Numbered from the stretch's first letter, positions 41,731-52,417 are shown. The stretch: DNA of 62,273 nucleotides from Acidimicrobiia bacterium (GCA_040510575.1 JBEVIU010000102.1:1-62273); one strand, 5' to 3'. Notes: generated by a model from the letters alone, not told the origin. A program made the numbers and translations.

Positions 41731-43763
41731 TTCAGCTGCGCTCGCAGCTCGGCCGGTTCGCTCACGGGCAGTCCGCACACGAAGTGCTCGCACACGTACG
41801 CGGCCGCGCGCCCGTCGACGAGCCCTCGCCCGGCCAGGAGCGGCGTGAAGGCGTCGCCGGAGCCGGCGGCCGCGATCGCCCGTACGGCTGACGGCAGCAG
41901 TCGGCTCCGCAGCTCGTCGACGAGCGCCTTGTGTGCAGGATCGTCGCCGTCGCCCACGATCGCGATCTCGATCGACGGGTGCACGAGGCGGTCCACTGCG
42001 CGCAGGAGATAGGCGAACGCGGTCGGGTGCTCGCCGATGACGGGTGCGATCATCGAGACCCACCGCTCGGCCAGTTCGCGGTAGGAGTCGTCCCCGGTGA
42101 GGGCGGCCAAGCGCAGCAGCGCATGCGCGGCGAGCGAGTTCTCCGACGGCGTCGCGTTGTCCTCGAAGTCCTTCGGCCGCACGATGAGCGCCTCGGCGTC
42201 GACCCCGGTGGTGAAGAACCCGCCGTGCTCGTCGTCGGCGAACAGAGACACGAGCGCGGCGGCCACGGTGCGCGCTTCGTCGAGCCACGCGATGTCGTCG
42301 ACCTCCGCCAACGTGATCATGGCTTCGAGCAGCGCCGCGTGATCCTCTGCGTACGCGAGGATCTGCGCGCGACCGCCTTGCCACGAACGGAGCAGACGAC
42401 CGTCGTCGCGCCGGAGCTCCTGGACGAGGAAGCGTGCGTTCGTACGCGCCGCGTCCATCCAGTCGGCACGCTCCAGCACGAACGCGGCTTCGGCGAGCGC
42501 GTCGAGGAACAGCGCGTTCCACCCGAGCAGCACCTTGTCGTCGAGCCCGGGCCGAACCCGCGCATCACGCACGGCGAGGAGGCGGGGAAGTGCGCGCGCC
42601 ACGGCCGGCGGTCGATCTTCGTCGCGATGCACGACGTGCAGGATGTTGCCACGGAAGCCGGTGTGCGGATCTTCGAAGTTGCCGTCGTCGGTGACACCGA
42701 AGTAGCGGATCACCTCGTCGGTGTCCTCGCCACACACCTCGCGGATCTCCGCCATCGACCAGCAGTAGAACTTGCCCTCCACGCCTTCGGAGTCGGCATC
42801 CTCGGCGGAGAAGAAGCCGCCATCGGGATGACGGAGGTCGCGCAGCACGTAGGTGACGATCTCCTCCGCGACGCGCCGGTCGCGGACCTCGCCGGTGACG
42901 AGCCATCCGTGCAGATAGGCCCGGAGCAGGAGCGCCTGGTCGTAGAGCATCTTCTCGAAGTGGGGCACGAGCCAGTACGCGTCGACGGAGTAGCGGTGGA
43001 AACCGCCCCCGACCTGGTCGTACATGCCGCCCGCCGCCATGGCATCGAGCGAGACCCTGACCGTGTCGAGCGTCTCCTCGTTCGGACGGCGAGCGAGCGT
43101 CGCGAGCAGGAACGTGAGCGTCATGGCCTGCGGGAACTTCGGCGCGCCACCGAAGCCACCGAAACGCGGATCGAAGCGCGCACGCGTCGACGCAACCGCC
43201 AAGTCGAGCACCGCGGGATCGATCGGCGCGCTGGTCCCCGCGGGATCGGATCCCACTCCGATCGCGTTCCCGCGCGAGATCGCGTCGGTCAGTGAGCCAG
43301 CCTGTTCCAGCAGGTCGCTCCGGCGTTCGTGCCAGGCCTCGTCGACCGCTTCCATCACCCGGACGAACCCGGGCATCCCCTGGCGATCCGTGCTCGGGTA
43401 GTAGGTGCCCCCGAAGAACGGCCGGCCGTCGGGGGCGAGGAACATCGTCATCGGCCACCCGCCGTGGCCGGACAGGGTCTGGACCGCTTGCATGTAGATG
43501 GCGTCGACGTCGGGGCGCTCCTCGCGGTCGACCTTCACGTTCACGAACCGCTCGTTCATGACCGCTGCGATGTCGGGGTTCTCGAACGACTCGTGGGCCA
43601 TCACGTGGCACCAGTGGCACGCCGAGTAACCGATCGACAGGAGGATGGGCTTGTCCTCAGCCCGGGCACGCGTGAACGCTTCTTCACCCCACGGGTACCA
43701 GTCGACCGGGTTCTCCGCGTGTTGGCGCAGGTACGGACTGGTCTCTCCCGCGAGTCGGTTCAC
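41727..43763 (-). CDS. thioredoxin-domain protein (DUF255/YyaL-like, N-terminal Trx fold plus (alpha/alpha)6 domain)
   Basis: 678 aa from GTG at 43763. The N-terminal segment reads ..[49 protein letters not shown]... Confidence 0.88.
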   Translation of the reverse strand: MNRLAGETSPYLRQHAENPVDWYPWGEEAFTRARAEDKPILLSIGYSACHWCHVMAHESFENPDIAAVMNERFVNVKVDREERPDVDAIYMQAVQTLSGHGGWPMTMFLAPDGRPFFGGTYYPSTDRQGMPGFVRVMEAVDEAWHERRSDLLEQAGSLTDAISRGNAIGVGSDPAGTSAPIDPAVLDLAVASTRARFDPRFGGFGGAPKFPQAMTLTFLLATLARRPNEETLDTVRVSLDAMAAGGMYDQVGGGFHRYSVDAYWLVPHFEKMLYDQALLLRAYLHGWLVTGEVRDRRVAEEIVTYVLRDLRHPDGGFFSAEDADSEGVEGKFYCWSMAEIREVCGEDTDEVIRYFGVTDDGNFEDPHTGFRGNILHVVHRDEDRPPAVARALPRLLAVRDARVRPGLDDKVLLGWNALFLDALAEAAFVLERADWMDAARTNARFLVQELRRDDGRLLRSWQGGRAQILAYAEDHAALLEAMITLAEVDDIAWLDEARTVAAALVSLFADDEHGGFFTTGVDAEALIVRPKDFEDNATPSENSLAAHALLRLAALTGDDSYRELAERWVSMIAPVIGEHPTAFAYLLRAVDRLVHPSIEIAIVGDGDDPAHKALVDELRSRLLPSAVRAIAAAGSGDAFTPLLAGRGLVDGRAAAYVCEHFVCGLPVSEPAELRAQLN

Positions 43764-43820
43764 CCGTCGCAGGCTAGGTGGACGTGTGCCTTCTGTGGCG
43801 AGCGTCCTAGCCTTCGCGCG

Positions 43821-44486
43821 ATGGAGACACGACGACGCTCTCAGTACACCGACGCCGCGATCGACACCTATGCGGGAGAGCACTCGACCGGGCCCGACGA
43901 CGTGCAACGGCGACTCCAGGCGACCACCAAGGAGAACACGGGCTGGGCCGTCGCGATGCAGATCGGCGACGACCAAGCGGTGCTGATGGAGATGATCGTG
44001 CGGGCCATGGGTGCGCGCCGGGCGGTCGAGATCGGCACGTTCACCGGCTACTCGTCGCTCGCGATCGCTCGGGGCATCGGGCCTGAGGGTCGGCTCCTGT
44101 GCTGCGACGTGAGCGAGGAGTGGACGGCGATGGCGCGCACCGCGTGGGACGAGGCGGGGGTTGCCGACCGCATCGAGCTGAAGATCGGCCCTGCGATCGA
44201 CACCCTGCGCGCGCTGCCGCTCGAGGAGCAGTTCGACTTCGCGTTCATCGACGCAGACAAGACGGGGTACCCCGCGTACTACGACGAGATCCTCCCGCGC
44301 CTGCGCGTCGGAGGCCTGATCCTGATCGACAACACGCTGCAAGGTGGCCGCGTCATCGACGACACCGTCGACGACGAGAACGTCACCGCGATCCGCGGAC
44401 TCAACGATGCCATCGCGCGCGACGAGCGGGTGAAGGTTGTGCTGCTGCCGATCGGCGACGGCGTCAGCGTGGTGCAGAAGCAGTAG
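43821..44486 (+). CDS. class I SAM-dependent O-methyltransferase (caffeoyl-CoA OMT-like)
   Basis: 221 aa. The segments ..[15 protein letters not shown].., ..[36 protein letters not shown].. fit the family. Confidence 0.88.
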   Translation: METRRRSQYTDAAIDTYAGEHSTGPDDVQRRLQATTKENTGWAVAMQIGDDQAVLMEMIVRAMGARRAVEIGTFTGYSSLAIARGIGPEGRLLCCDVSEEWTAMARTAWDEAGVADRIELKIGPAIDTLRALPLEEQFDFAFIDADKTGYPAYYDEILPRLRVGGLILIDNTLQGGRVIDDTVDDENVTAIRGLNDAIARDERVKVVLLPIGDGVSVVQKQ

Positions 44487-46095
44487 GCCCGTTCGCGGCG
44501 GCGTCGGCCTGGCGCCGCGCCCAGCGATAGTCGGGTTTGCCCGACGGCGACCGCATGATCGCGTCGACGAGCACGAGTCCGCGCGGGATCTTGTAGGGCG
44601 CGAGGTGGCCGTGCACGTGCGCGGCCAGTGGCTCGAGCGTGACCGTCGCCCCGATGCGAGGTTGCACCACCGCGACGACACGCTCACCCCAACGTTCGTC
44701 GGGCACGCCGACGACCACCGCGTCGAACACGTCGTCGTGGGACTTCAGCGCAGCTTCGACCTCTTCGGGGTACACCTTCTCGCCGCCGGTGTTGATCGAG
44801 ACGGATCCGCGGCCGAGCACCGTGATGGAGCCGTCGGCCTCGATGCGGGCGTGGTCGCCGGGAACCGACCAACGGATGCCGTCGACCACGGGGAACGTCT
44901 CGGCGGTCTTCACGGGGTCCTTGTAGTACCCGATCGGCACGCGGCCCCGGCGCGCCAGTTTGCCGACGACTCCCACCGCGGCCGGACGCAGGTCGTCGTC
45001 GAGGACGGTGGTCTCGTCGTTGAGGTGGAAACGGGGTGGACCCTGGGTGGTGCTGCCCGGCGCGGTGACCATCGCGCCCTGACCGCCCGACTCCGACGAG
45101 CCGAACCCGTCGATGAGGATCGTCTCGGGAAGCGCTTCGACCCACGCCGTCTTCACGGTGGGTGAGAGGACCGCGCCACCCGAGAGCACGGCGCTGAGCG
45201 ACGAGGTGTCGGGACGCGGCTCGAGCCGGGTGATCGTCTCCACGAGCGGGCGGGCGAACGCGTCGCCGACGATGACGAGAAAGCTCACCCGCTCACGCTC
45301 GACGAGACGCCAGAGCTGTTCCGGGTCGAAGCGGTGCTCAGCCGACATGACGACCGTGCCCCCGCCGAACAGGGTGTTCACCGCGAACCAGTGCGCGGTG
45401 CCGTGCATGAAGGGGCACGCGGGCAGGCAACGTCGCTTGGCGTCGAGGTTGCCGGTGATCTGCTCGGGGCTCGTGATCGGGTCGCCGCCGATCCCACCGC
45501 CGCCGAAGCCGGCGAAGAAGATGTCCTCGGCTCGCCACATCACGCCCTTGGGCTTCCCGGTCGTGCCGCCCGTGTAGAGGATGTAGAGGTCGTCGGCGGA
45601 GCGGGGCCCGAAGTCGCGGATCGGCGACGCGGCGCCGAGCGCGGCCTCGTACTCGGTGGCGTCGAGGGTGACGAGGTCGGCGCTCACGGCCGGGGAGTCG
45701 TCGTCGACGACGAGGTAGCGCACGAGGAGTGGAAGCTCCTGGTGGATGGTGGCGAGCTTCGGCGCGAACTCGCGGTGGAAGACGACTGCTTTGGCGTCGG
45801 CATCGTCGAGGAGGTAGCGCAACTCGTCCTCGACGTATCGGTAGTTCACGTTCACGGGCACGGCACGCAGCTTGAACGCAGCGAGCATCGCCTCGAGATA
45901 CTCGGTGCCGTTGTAGAGGTACAGCGCGACGTGATCACCCGGACCGACGCCGTGGGCAGCGAGGTCGTGGGCAAGCTGGTTGGCTCGTGCTTCGAGCTCG
46001 AGGTAGCTCAGCCGACGGTCGCCACACACCAGTGCCTCGCGCTCCGGGTTCGCGTCGGCGACGGCCTCCCAGAGGTCGGCGAGGTTGAACTCCAT
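44464..46095 (-). CDS. acyl-CoA synthetase (AMP-binding, FadD-type)
   Basis: 543 aa with the AMP-binding motif [12 protein letters not shown] and a C-terminal ..[10 protein letters not shown].. and ..[10 protein letters not shown]... Confidence 0.9.
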   Translation of the reverse strand: MEFNLADLWEAVADANPEREALVCGDRRLSYLELEARANQLAHDLAAHGVGPGDHVALYLYNGTEYLEAMLAAFKLRAVPVNVNYRYVEDELRYLLDDADAKAVVFHREFAPKLATIHQELPLLVRYLVVDDDSPAVSADLVTLDATEYEAALGAASPIRDFGPRSADDLYILYTGGTTGKPKGVMWRAEDIFFAGFGGGGIGGDPITSPEQITGNLDAKRRCLPACPFMHGTAHWFAVNTLFGGGTVVMSAEHRFDPEQLWRLVERERVSFLVIVGDAFARPLVETITRLEPRPDTSSLSAVLSGGAVLSPTVKTAWVEALPETILIDGFGSSESGGQGAMVTAPGSTTQGPPRFHLNDETTVLDDDLRPAAVGVVGKLARRGRVPIGYYKDPVKTAETFPVVDGIRWSVPGDHARIEADGSITVLGRGSVSINTGGEKVYPEEVEAALKSHDDVFDAVVVGVPDERWGERVVAVVQPRIGATVTLEPLAAHVHGHLAPYKIPRGLVLVDAIMRSPSGKPDYRWARRQADAAANGPTASAPR

Positions 46096-46115
46096 GAGCG
46101 CGTGAACCTAGCCCT

Positions 46116-46175
46116 GGTTCCTCAGCGAAAGCCCGATCAGAAGAAGCCTGATCAGAAGAAGCCTGATCAGAAGAA
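46116..46175. repeat. 15-bp tandem repeat, 3 near-perfect copies plus 1 degenerate copy, each carrying an in-frame TGA on the minus strand
   Basis: Plus-strand units are GCCCGATCAGAAGAA, GCCTGATCAGAAGAA and GCCTGATCAGAAGAA (46131-46175), preceded by a degenerate GGTTCCTCAGCGAAA. The last unit contains the SDR gene's final codons ..TTC TTC TGA. Confidence 0.85.
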
Positions 46176-46970
46176 GTCGGTACCGCCGTCGACGGGGATC
46201 GTGGCGCCGACCACGAAGCTCGACAGCTCCGAGCACAGGAACACGACCACGGGTGCGACCTCCTCGGGGAGACCGACCCGCCCGATGTCGTTCGACGCGC
46301 CGTAGTCGCGGCGGATGGCCTCGTACGCGGCTTCGAGCGGGCCTTCGGGCAGTCCGGCGAGATCGGTGCCCACGAGGTACGACGCGAGCGTCGGTGACAT
46401 CACCGTGCCCGGTGCGACGGTGTTCACGATGATGCCTTCGGGGGCCAGGGCGCGCGACAGGTTCTTCGATGCGCTCGCCATCGCGGCCTTGGCCGCGGTG
46501 AAGCCGATGAGGTTCGGGCTCTGGTGGCGGATCGCCGACGCGGCGACGTTCACGATGCGCGCCACGGTGGCCTTGCGCAGCAGTGGGAGCGCCGCACGGG
46601 TCGTACGCACCATCGTGAGCACGCCGAGCTCGAACTCGGTGAGCCACTCGGCGTCGGTGAGATCGTCGAGACCGCCGACCGGGGCCGGCCCGACGGTGTT
46701 CACCAGCGCGTGGCACTCGCCCCAGCGTTCGTCGAGGAACGTGAAGGCAGCCTCGACCTCGCCGGTGGCGAGCAGATTGCACTCGAGGCCGATGGCGTCG
46801 GCGGCGCCCGCGGCGATCAGCTCTTCTTCGGTCTCGCGCAGGTCCTTCGGGGTGCGCGCGAGCACGGCGACCCGGCACCCTTCGGCAGCCAACATCAACG
46901 CCGACGCACGGCCGACGCCCCGAGTTCCACCCGCGACCACCGCGGCGCGACCGGTGAGTCCGAGATCCAT
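46167..46970 (-). CDS. SDR family oxidoreductase
   Basis: 267 aa from the ATG at 46970, with the cofactor motif VAGGTRGVG. The catalytic-region pattern and the C-terminal ..GATIPVDGGTDFF are typical of classical SDRs. Confidence 0.9.
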   Translation of the reverse strand: MDLGLTGRAAVVAGGTRGVGRASALMLAAEGCRVAVLARTPKDLRETEEELIAAGAADAIGLECNLLATGEVEAAFTFLDERWGECHALVNTVGPAPVGGLDDLTDAEWLTEFELGVLTMVRTTRAALPLLRKATVARIVNVAASAIRHQSPNLIGFTAAKAAMASASKNLSRALAPEGIIVNTVAPGTVMSPTLASYLVGTDLAGLPEGPLEAAYEAIRRDYGASNDIGRVGLPEEVAPVVVFLCSELSSFVVGATIPVDGGTDFF

Positions 46971-46972
46971 CG

Positions 46973-48550
46973 CTACGCGCGCAGCTGCTGCGCGAACGCG
47001 GCCGCGCTCAAGGGTGCGCCGGTGGCGTCGGTGACGAGCTGATCCCAGCGCTTCGATGCGCCAGGCGCGAAGACCTCGCGGACCATGAGCTCGCCGGCGC
47101 GCTCGGTGTCGACCATGCCACCCACCCGCTCGACGAGCGTGGCGTGCAATTGCGACGCGAACAACTCCCCGTAGAGGTAGTTCTGGTAGTAGACGGGCGC
47201 GACCGCGAGGTGGATCTTGGCCGCCCAGTCGGGCGCGTGACGATCGTCGGGCCGCGCCACCAGCTGGAAGCGCTCCACCAGATCCCACCACAGCGTGTCG
47301 AGGTCGGCGTCGGGATCCGCGTAGAGCGATCGTTCGAAGGTGGTCATCACCAGCACCCAGCGGGCGAACACGAGCAGCGCTGCGCGTTGCGCCGTCGCGA
47401 GGTCGGCGCGCAGCTGCTCGGCCGTGGCGGGATCGACCGCCGCCACCGTGACCAGCCATTCCTCTTCGCGTGGCAGACGGCCCATGAGCATCGCGATGCC
47501 CTCGGTGGTGAGGGCGTGGCTCGCGCCGCGGAGCAGCCACGGCAGCGACCGGTCGCATTCGCGGTCGTAGATCGCGTGGCCGAACTCGTGGAGCATCGTG
47601 TCCATCCAGCGCTCGCTCGGCTCGACGTTGCACAAGACCCGGACATCGCCGGCGCGATCGATGTCGATGCAGAACGCATGCTGGCTCTTGCCGTCGCGCG
47701 CGTACAGGTCGCTGTGCGAGAAGACAGGACGCACGTCGAGGCCGAGCCCGTCGTAGGTGCGCAACGTCAGCGCTTCGAGGTCGGCGTCGGTGAAGAGGTG
47801 ATCGAGCGCGACCGCACCGTCGGTCGGGGGGCTCTGGAAGAACGGATCGTCGAAGTGCCAGGGGCGGAGCTCGTCGCTCGGGCAGCCGAAGCGCGCCGCG
47901 AGGGCCTGATCCAGTTCTGCCTTCCACACGCGGAAGGGTTCGGCGGTCGCGTGGTCGACCTCGTCGAGGGTCGCGAAGAGGCGTTCCTCATCGAGCTCAC
48001 TCGTGGCCAGGGCGAGGGCGAAGTGGTCGCGGTACCCGAGGCTCTGCGCCGCTTCGTTGCGACGCCGTGCGAGCTCTCGCACCTGGTCGGCGACCTCCGG
48101 CCCGATCGCCTTCGACGCCTCCCAGGCGTTGCGTCGCGTCGCGGTGTCGTCGCTGGTGCGGAGGATCTCCGCGATCTGGTTGTCGTCGACCCGCCGGCCA
48201 TCGATCGTGCCGCGGAACGAGTTGAAGGTCGACTCCACCTGGGTCTCGAGCTCGACGATGGCGCGCCGGAGCTCGACGGGCACCTGGTGCGGCACGAAGG
48301 CGTCGTGCAACAGGTCGAGCTGACGGGCGAGCAGCGGATCGCCCGGACTGAGGTCCCGCGCGGCACGGAGCTCCGCGAACACGTCGGGGTCGGACAGGTA
48401 CTCGCGGCGAGCGAGCTCGGCATCGGTGCGTCGGGCATCGGCCTCGGGTGAGGCGTCGGTGTTCGAGACCCACCACGACTCCGCGAGCTCGATCTCGAGT
48501 GGCCGCAGCTCCGCTTCGAGGTCGGCCACGAGCTGCTCGGCGGTGCGCAT
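46973..48550 (-). CDS. M3-like zinc metallopeptidase (oligoendopeptidase-type, HEFGH)
   Basis: 525 aa with the HEFGHAIYD zinc motif and a downstream ..EGIAML.. Glu ligand region. Confidence 0.8.
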   Translation of the reverse strand: MRTAEQLVADLEAELRPLEIELAESWWVSNTDASPEADARRTDAELARREYLSDPDVFAELRAARDLSPGDPLLARQLDLLHDAFVPHQVPVELRRAIVELETQVESTFNSFRGTIDGRRVDDNQIAEILRTSDDTATRRNAWEASKAIGPEVADQVRELARRRNEAAQSLGYRDHFALALATSELDEERLFATLDEVDHATAEPFRVWKAELDQALAARFGCPSDELRPWHFDDPFFQSPPTDGAVALDHLFTDADLEALTLRTYDGLGLDVRPVFSHSDLYARDGKSQHAFCIDIDRAGDVRVLCNVEPSERWMDTMLHEFGHAIYDRECDRSLPWLLRGASHALTTEGIAMLMGRLPREEEWLVTVAAVDPATAEQLRADLATAQRAALLVFARWVLVMTTFERSLYADPDADLDTLWWDLVERFQLVARPDDRHAPDWAAKIHLAVAPVYYQNYLYGELFASQLHATLVERVGGMVDTERAGELMVREVFAPGASKRWDQLVTDATGAPLSAAAFAQQLRA

Positions 48551-48707
48551 GCGCGGAGTCTACGGAGGGTGCCTCTCGTCTCGCTGGGCGCGAGGGTCGG
48601 TTCGTGGCGTTGCTGCCGCGTGAATTCGATGGTGAGGTGCAGCGCCGCGCCGGGTGTCGCTCGTAGGCTCCCGTCGTCGTTGTCGAGCAGTGGGAGAAGC
48701 AACCTCG

Positions 48708-50648
48708 ATGCGAGGCGAGATCCTCTGGGAGCCGACAGCCGACGCGCTCACGCAGACCGAGCTCGGGAAGTACCTCGGGTGGTTGCGCGACAACGGCGGT
48801 CCGTCGTTCGAGCGATACGACGACCTCTGGCGCTGGTCGGTCGACGAGCTCGGCGCGTTCTGGGAGTCGTTCGCCAGTTGGGTCGGCACCGAGTGGGGCG
48901 TGGCACCGAGCTCGGTCTTGCCCTCACGGGCGATGCCAGGCACGCGGTGGTTCGAGGGCGCCACACTGAACTACGCCGAGCACGCACTACGCACCGCTGA
49001 GCGTCGCGGCGACGAGACCGCGGTCGTCGCCCACAGCCAGACGCGCGCACCGATCGCGCTGTCATGGGCCGAGTTGGCCGAGGCAGTGTCTCGGTGTCGG
49101 GCTGGCCTGCAGCGACATGGCGTCGGTCGCGGCGACCGCGTCGTCGCCTACACGCCGAACATCCCCGAGACGCTGGTCGCGTTCCTCGCGACGGCGAGCC
49201 TCGGCGCGATCTGGTCGTCGTGCGCGCCCGAGTTCGGTACGAAGTCGGTGGTCGACCGGTTCGTCCAGGTCGAGCCGAAGGTGCTGCTCGCCGTCGACGG
49301 CTACCGCTACGGCACGAAGGACATCGACCGCCTTCCCGAAGTCGCCGCCATCGAAGCGGCGCTCCCGACGCTGGTGCACACCGTTCGCCTTCGATACCTG
49401 GGCACGGGTGAAGACACGTGGGGTGAGCTGCTCGCCGAGCCCGGGCCGCTCGAGTTCGACCACGTGCCGTTCGATCACCCGCTCTACGTGCTGTACAGCT
49501 CCGGCACGACCGGACTCCCGAAGGCGATCGTGCATGGCCACGGCGGCATCACGCTCGAGCACCAGAAGACCCTGCGACTCCATCACGATCTGGGTGAAGG
49601 CGATCGGTTCGCCTGGTTCACCACCACCGGCTGGATGATGTGGAACTACTTGATGTCGGGCCTGCTCGTCGGGACGACGATCGTGCTGTTCGACGGCGAT
49701 CCCGCCTTTCCCGATCTCGGCACGCTCTGGCGGCTCGCGGCCGACACGGAGCTCGATGTCCTCGGGGTGAGCGCGTCGTTCCTGATGGCATGCCGCAAGG
49801 CAGGCGTGGTCCCGCCGCCGCACGAACTGCGGAGTGTGGGGAGCACGGCATCGCCGCTGCCCCCCGACGGGTTCCGCTGGGTGCACGACACCGTCGGCGC
49901 CGACGTGCAGGTTGCGTCGATGAGCGGTGGCACCGACGTGTGCACGGCGTTCGTGGGAGCGTCGCCCTGGCTGCCGGTGCGCGCGGGTGAGATCAGCGGC
50001 CGCATGCTCGGATGCGACGTGCAGGCCTTCGATGCGGATGGTGCGCGGTGCGCGGCGGGTGAGCAGGGCGAGCTCGTGATCACATCACCCATGCCGTCGA
50101 TGCCCGTCGGTTTCTGGAATGACCTCGACGGCACCAAGCTTCACAACGCCTACTACTCCGACTTCCCCGGGGTGTGGCGTCATGGCGATTGGGTCACGTT
50201 CTACGACGACGGCGCGTGCGTGATCTCCGGCCGTTCGGATGCGACCTTGAATCGGGGCGGTGTTCGCCTCGGCACGAGCGACTTCTACGCCGTCGTCGAC
50301 GCGCTGCCCGAAGTCGACGACAGCCTCGTGGTGTACCTCGAGGGGAGCGACGAGGACGTGATGGGGGAGTTGCTCCTGTTCGTCGCGCTCGCACCGGGCG
50401 TCGAGCTCGACGACGATCTTCGCAAGCGCATCGCCGGTGCACTGCGCACCGAGCTCTCGCCGCGGCACGTGCCCGACGTGCTCCACGCCGTCCCCACGAT
50501 TCCGCGCACCCTGTCGGGCAAGAAGCTCGAAGTGCCGGTGAAGCGGATCCTCAACGGCTCGAAGGCCGACGACGTGGCGAGCCGCAGCTCGTTGTCGGAT
50601 CCCGACTCGCTCGACTGGTTCGAGGAGTTCGCACAGACCCGCACCTGA
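48708..50648 (+). CDS. acetoacetate-CoA ligase (acetoacetyl-CoA synthetase)
   Basis: 646 aa from the ATG at 48708. The N-terminus ..LWEPTADALTQTELGKYLGWL..YDDLWRWSVDELGAFWES.. and YSSGTTGLPKAIVHGHGG.. are typical of AACS. Confidence 0.9.
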   Translation: MRGEILWEPTADALTQTELGKYLGWLRDNGGPSFERYDDLWRWSVDELGAFWESFASWVGTEWGVAPSSVLPSRAMPGTRWFEGATLNYAEHALRTAERRGDETAVVAHSQTRAPIALSWAELAEAVSRCRAGLQRHGVGRGDRVVAYTPNIPETLVAFLATASLGAIWSSCAPEFGTKSVVDRFVQVEPKVLLAVDGYRYGTKDIDRLPEVAAIEAALPTLVHTVRLRYLGTGEDTWGELLAEPGPLEFDHVPFDHPLYVLYSSGTTGLPKAIVHGHGGITLEHQKTLRLHHDLGEGDRFAWFTTTGWMMWNYLMSGLLVGTTIVLFDGDPAFPDLGTLWRLAADTELDVLGVSASFLMACRKAGVVPPPHELRSVGSTASPLPPDGFRWVHDTVGADVQVASMSGGTDVCTAFVGASPWLPVRAGEISGRMLGCDVQAFDADGARCAAGEQGELVITSPMPSMPVGFWNDLDGTKLHNAYYSDFPGVWRHGDWVTFYDDGACVISGRSDATLNRGGVRLGTSDFYAVVDALPEVDDSLVVYLEGSDEDVMGELLLFVALAPGVELDDDLRKRIAGALRTELSPRHVPDVLHAVPTIPRTLSGKKLEVPVKRILNGSKADDVASRSSLSDPDSLDWFEEFAQTRT

Positions 50649-50950
50649 GCTCTGATCAGCGGTTCGGTGCTGCGTCGGGGGAGCGGAGGTTTGGCGACGG
50701 CTCCACGTCGGGAAATCCACCTTCGTGCGCGTCAGTCCTGCCATGATCGTCGGAGGGCAGACCGGCCGAAGGGGGGCGGGGTGCTGAACGACACCGAGAT
50801 GCGACTGGGACGGGGCCATGCCCCATGGCATGCCGCGTTGCTGGCCGTCAGCACGTTCGTCGCCGCCGCGCTCGCAGTGGTCGCAACACGCTGAACCCGG
50901 TTCCTCGCCGCGTGCAGCGAGCCGTCGCTCGACGAGCCCGTACCTCCTAC

Positions 50951-50980
50951 GAGAAAGCCCCCGCACCGAAGTGCGGGGGC
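50951..50980 (-). terminator. intrinsic terminator of the 51006-51341 gene
   Basis: The minus strand reads GCCCCCGCAC-TTCG-GTGCGGGGGC followed by TTTCTCGT. This is a perfect 10-bp GC stem with a tetraloop, and its far edge lies 25 nt past the stop. Confidence 0.7.
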
Positions 50981-51005
50981 CTTGTCGTTGCTGGCGGGGC
51001 CGTGC

Positions 51006-51341
51006 TCAGGATGCGCAGTAGGTGTTGATCTGGTCGGTGACCTTGACGAGGTGGTCGTGGACCGTGTTGGCCCAGTCGATGCGCTCCTGGAGGAACTTCA
51101 CGCGGTCCTCCTGGTTCTTGGCCTGGGCGTCGGCGAGGCGGGTGTTGAGCGAGGCGGTCCGCTGCTCGACCTTCCCGAGTCGCTCCTGGATCTTCGGGAG
51201 ACGGGCAGTGGCCTTCTCGCAGAACGCCTGCTTGTGCGTTGCGGCCGGAGCATCGGCGGTCTGAGCGGCTGCGATTCCGGCACCACCGACGACTGAGATT
51301 GCGCCGATCATGCCCGCAGCAGCCAAATGGCGGAGTTTCAT
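51006..51341 (-). CDS. small secreted helical protein, hypothetical
   Basis: 111 aa with signal peptide MKLRHLAAAGMIGAISVVGGAGIAAAQT. The mature part is heptad-like with two Cys residues (C41, C109). An SD GAGAGG and a strong terminator are present. Confidence 0.7.
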   Translation of the reverse strand: MKLRHLAAAGMIGAISVVGGAGIAAAQTADAPAATHKQAFCEKATARLPKIQERLGKVEQRTASLNTRLADAQAKNQEDRVKFLQERIDWANTVHDHLVKVTDQINTYCAS

Positions 51342-51465
51342 GGAAGGACCTCTCGTTCGGGGCTGATGATCACAGTCTCGGAGAAGGTTGTAGTTCTCCG
51401 GTCAGCCGAATGTGAGGAACGTGCCAAGCCGTCGGCTGCTCCTGGGCGCTTCAGGAGCCTGGGCT

Positions 51466-51876
51466 TCAAGAGTCGGTGTCCCGCCGCGCCGCGACGTGTT
51501 GCTCGATGCGGCGCTCCTCGAGATCGAGGATCTCGTCGTCGGACGACGCCTCGACCGCGACCAGGCGGTCATCCGCGTCGGGCGAAGCGTGCACGAGCTC
51601 GTCGAGCTTGAGCTGGAAGGCCAGCTGCTCTCGCCGTTGCGTGTGCTGGAGAACGAACACCATCACGAGCGTGGTGCTCGCGCAGAGGTTTCCGAAGACG
51701 AACTGCACGTCGGAGTCGAAGCCGGTGGCGATCACGACGACCCAGCTCGCAGCGACGAGCACGGCCACCACGATCGCCATCGTCGGTCGGGTGGTCATCT
51801 CGTTGACCCGGTGCACGGCTCGGCTCGTGCGGGGACGCTGCGCGGTCGGGACCTCGTGCTTGGCGGAGATGGGCAT
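51466..51876 (-). CDS. low-affinity iron permease family protein
   Basis: 136 aa from the ATG at 51876. ..STTLVMVFVLQHTQRREQLAFQLKLDELVHA.. matches the conserved core of the family. Confidence 0.75.
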   Translation of the reverse strand: MPISAKHEVPTAQRPRTSRAVHRVNEMTTRPTMAIVVAVLVAASWVVVIATGFDSDVQFVFGNLCASTTLVMVFVLQHTQRREQLAFQLKLDELVHASPDADDRLVAVEASSDDEILDLEERRIEQHVAARRDTDS

Positions 51877-51950
51877 GTCGAGTGGTACCCGATCCAGGGA
51901 GAGAAGAGCGTTTACCCGTGTTGCTGCGGGCTGAGTGAGGGGCGGGAGGG

Positions 51951-52025
51951 CTATGCCCTCCGAACGAAGTACACGATCAGGACGATGAGGAGGATGATGA
52001 CGACGGTGCCTAAGCCGATATACAT
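51951..52025 (-). CDS. possible 24-aa hydrophobic peptide (MYIGLGTVVIILLIVLIVYFVRRA)
   Basis: An ATG preceded by AGGAA at 6-nt spacing. It has a single TM helix plus a basic C-terminus. It lies 74 nt upstream of, and is co-oriented with, the iron-permease gene. It is below the ORF-track cutoff. Confidence 0.35.
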   Translation of the reverse strand: MYIGLGTVVIILLIVLIVYFVRRA

Positions 52026-52087
52026 GACTCGTTCCTACCCCCATCGAGTCAGATTCGAAACCCGTCGCGTGTGCGGATCCTCGCACC

Positions 52088-52417
52088 GTGACCGACGTCG
52101 CTCTCAATGCGGCACGACGAAGCGCCGAATCCACACACGTGCCCAAGCTGGAAGTCGACGACAGGCTCGTCACCTCGCCCGACTGCGAGACCGAGGTGCT
52201 GGTCGCGCCGGTGGTCGACGCGCCGCGCCCCGCCGTGCTGCTCCAGGACAGCGGCGTCTGTCCCGAGTGCTTGACGCGCAACGCGGTCGAGGCCCCAGTC
52301 GACTTCGAGGGCTGGGGTGATCGGCCTCGGAGGATCGGTCCGTGCATCACCTGCGCCCAGCAGTTGTTCTACATCCCGGGCGACACCATGCTCATCGTCT
52401 GGAACCTGGGCGACTGA
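52088..52417 (+). CDS. hypothetical protein with two CxxC pairs (zinc-ribbon-like)
   Basis: 109 aa with a GTG start and high GC3. CPEC and CITC are separated by 27 residues. Confidence 0.5.
   Translation: MTDVALNAARRSAESTHVPKLEVDDRLVTSPDCETEVLVAPVVDAPRPAVLLQDSGVCPECLTRNAVEAPVDFEGWGDRPRRIGPCITCAQQLFYIPGDTMLIVWNLGD

Noticed and set aside
46148-46170. Recurrence of the 8-mer palindrome CTGATCAG (46148, 46163, about 50653, about 61459)
   Set aside because: Two of the four copies belong to the tandem repeat. My rough expectation for this window is about 0.5 copies, so the remaining excess is too small to call without genome-wide counts.
46116-46305. Plus-strand reading ..KPDQKKPDQKKPDQKK.. across the 15-bp repeat (end of ORF 45334-46305)
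   Set aside because: That ORF is antisense to the acyl-CoA synthetase and SDR genes. The repeat is better explained as reiteration of the SDR 3' end.
50781-50894. 37-aa ORF VLNDTEMRLGRGHAPWHAALLAVSTFVAAALAVVATR with an upstream G-rich SD-like stretch
   Set aside because: It is short with an ambiguous start, weak compositional support and no recognisable family. It is not reported as a feature.
52051-52063. AGATTCGAAACCC resembling a tRNA T-arm
   Set aside because: No acceptor, D or anticodon stems can be drawn around it. I could not fold a tRNA cloverleaf anywhere in the window.
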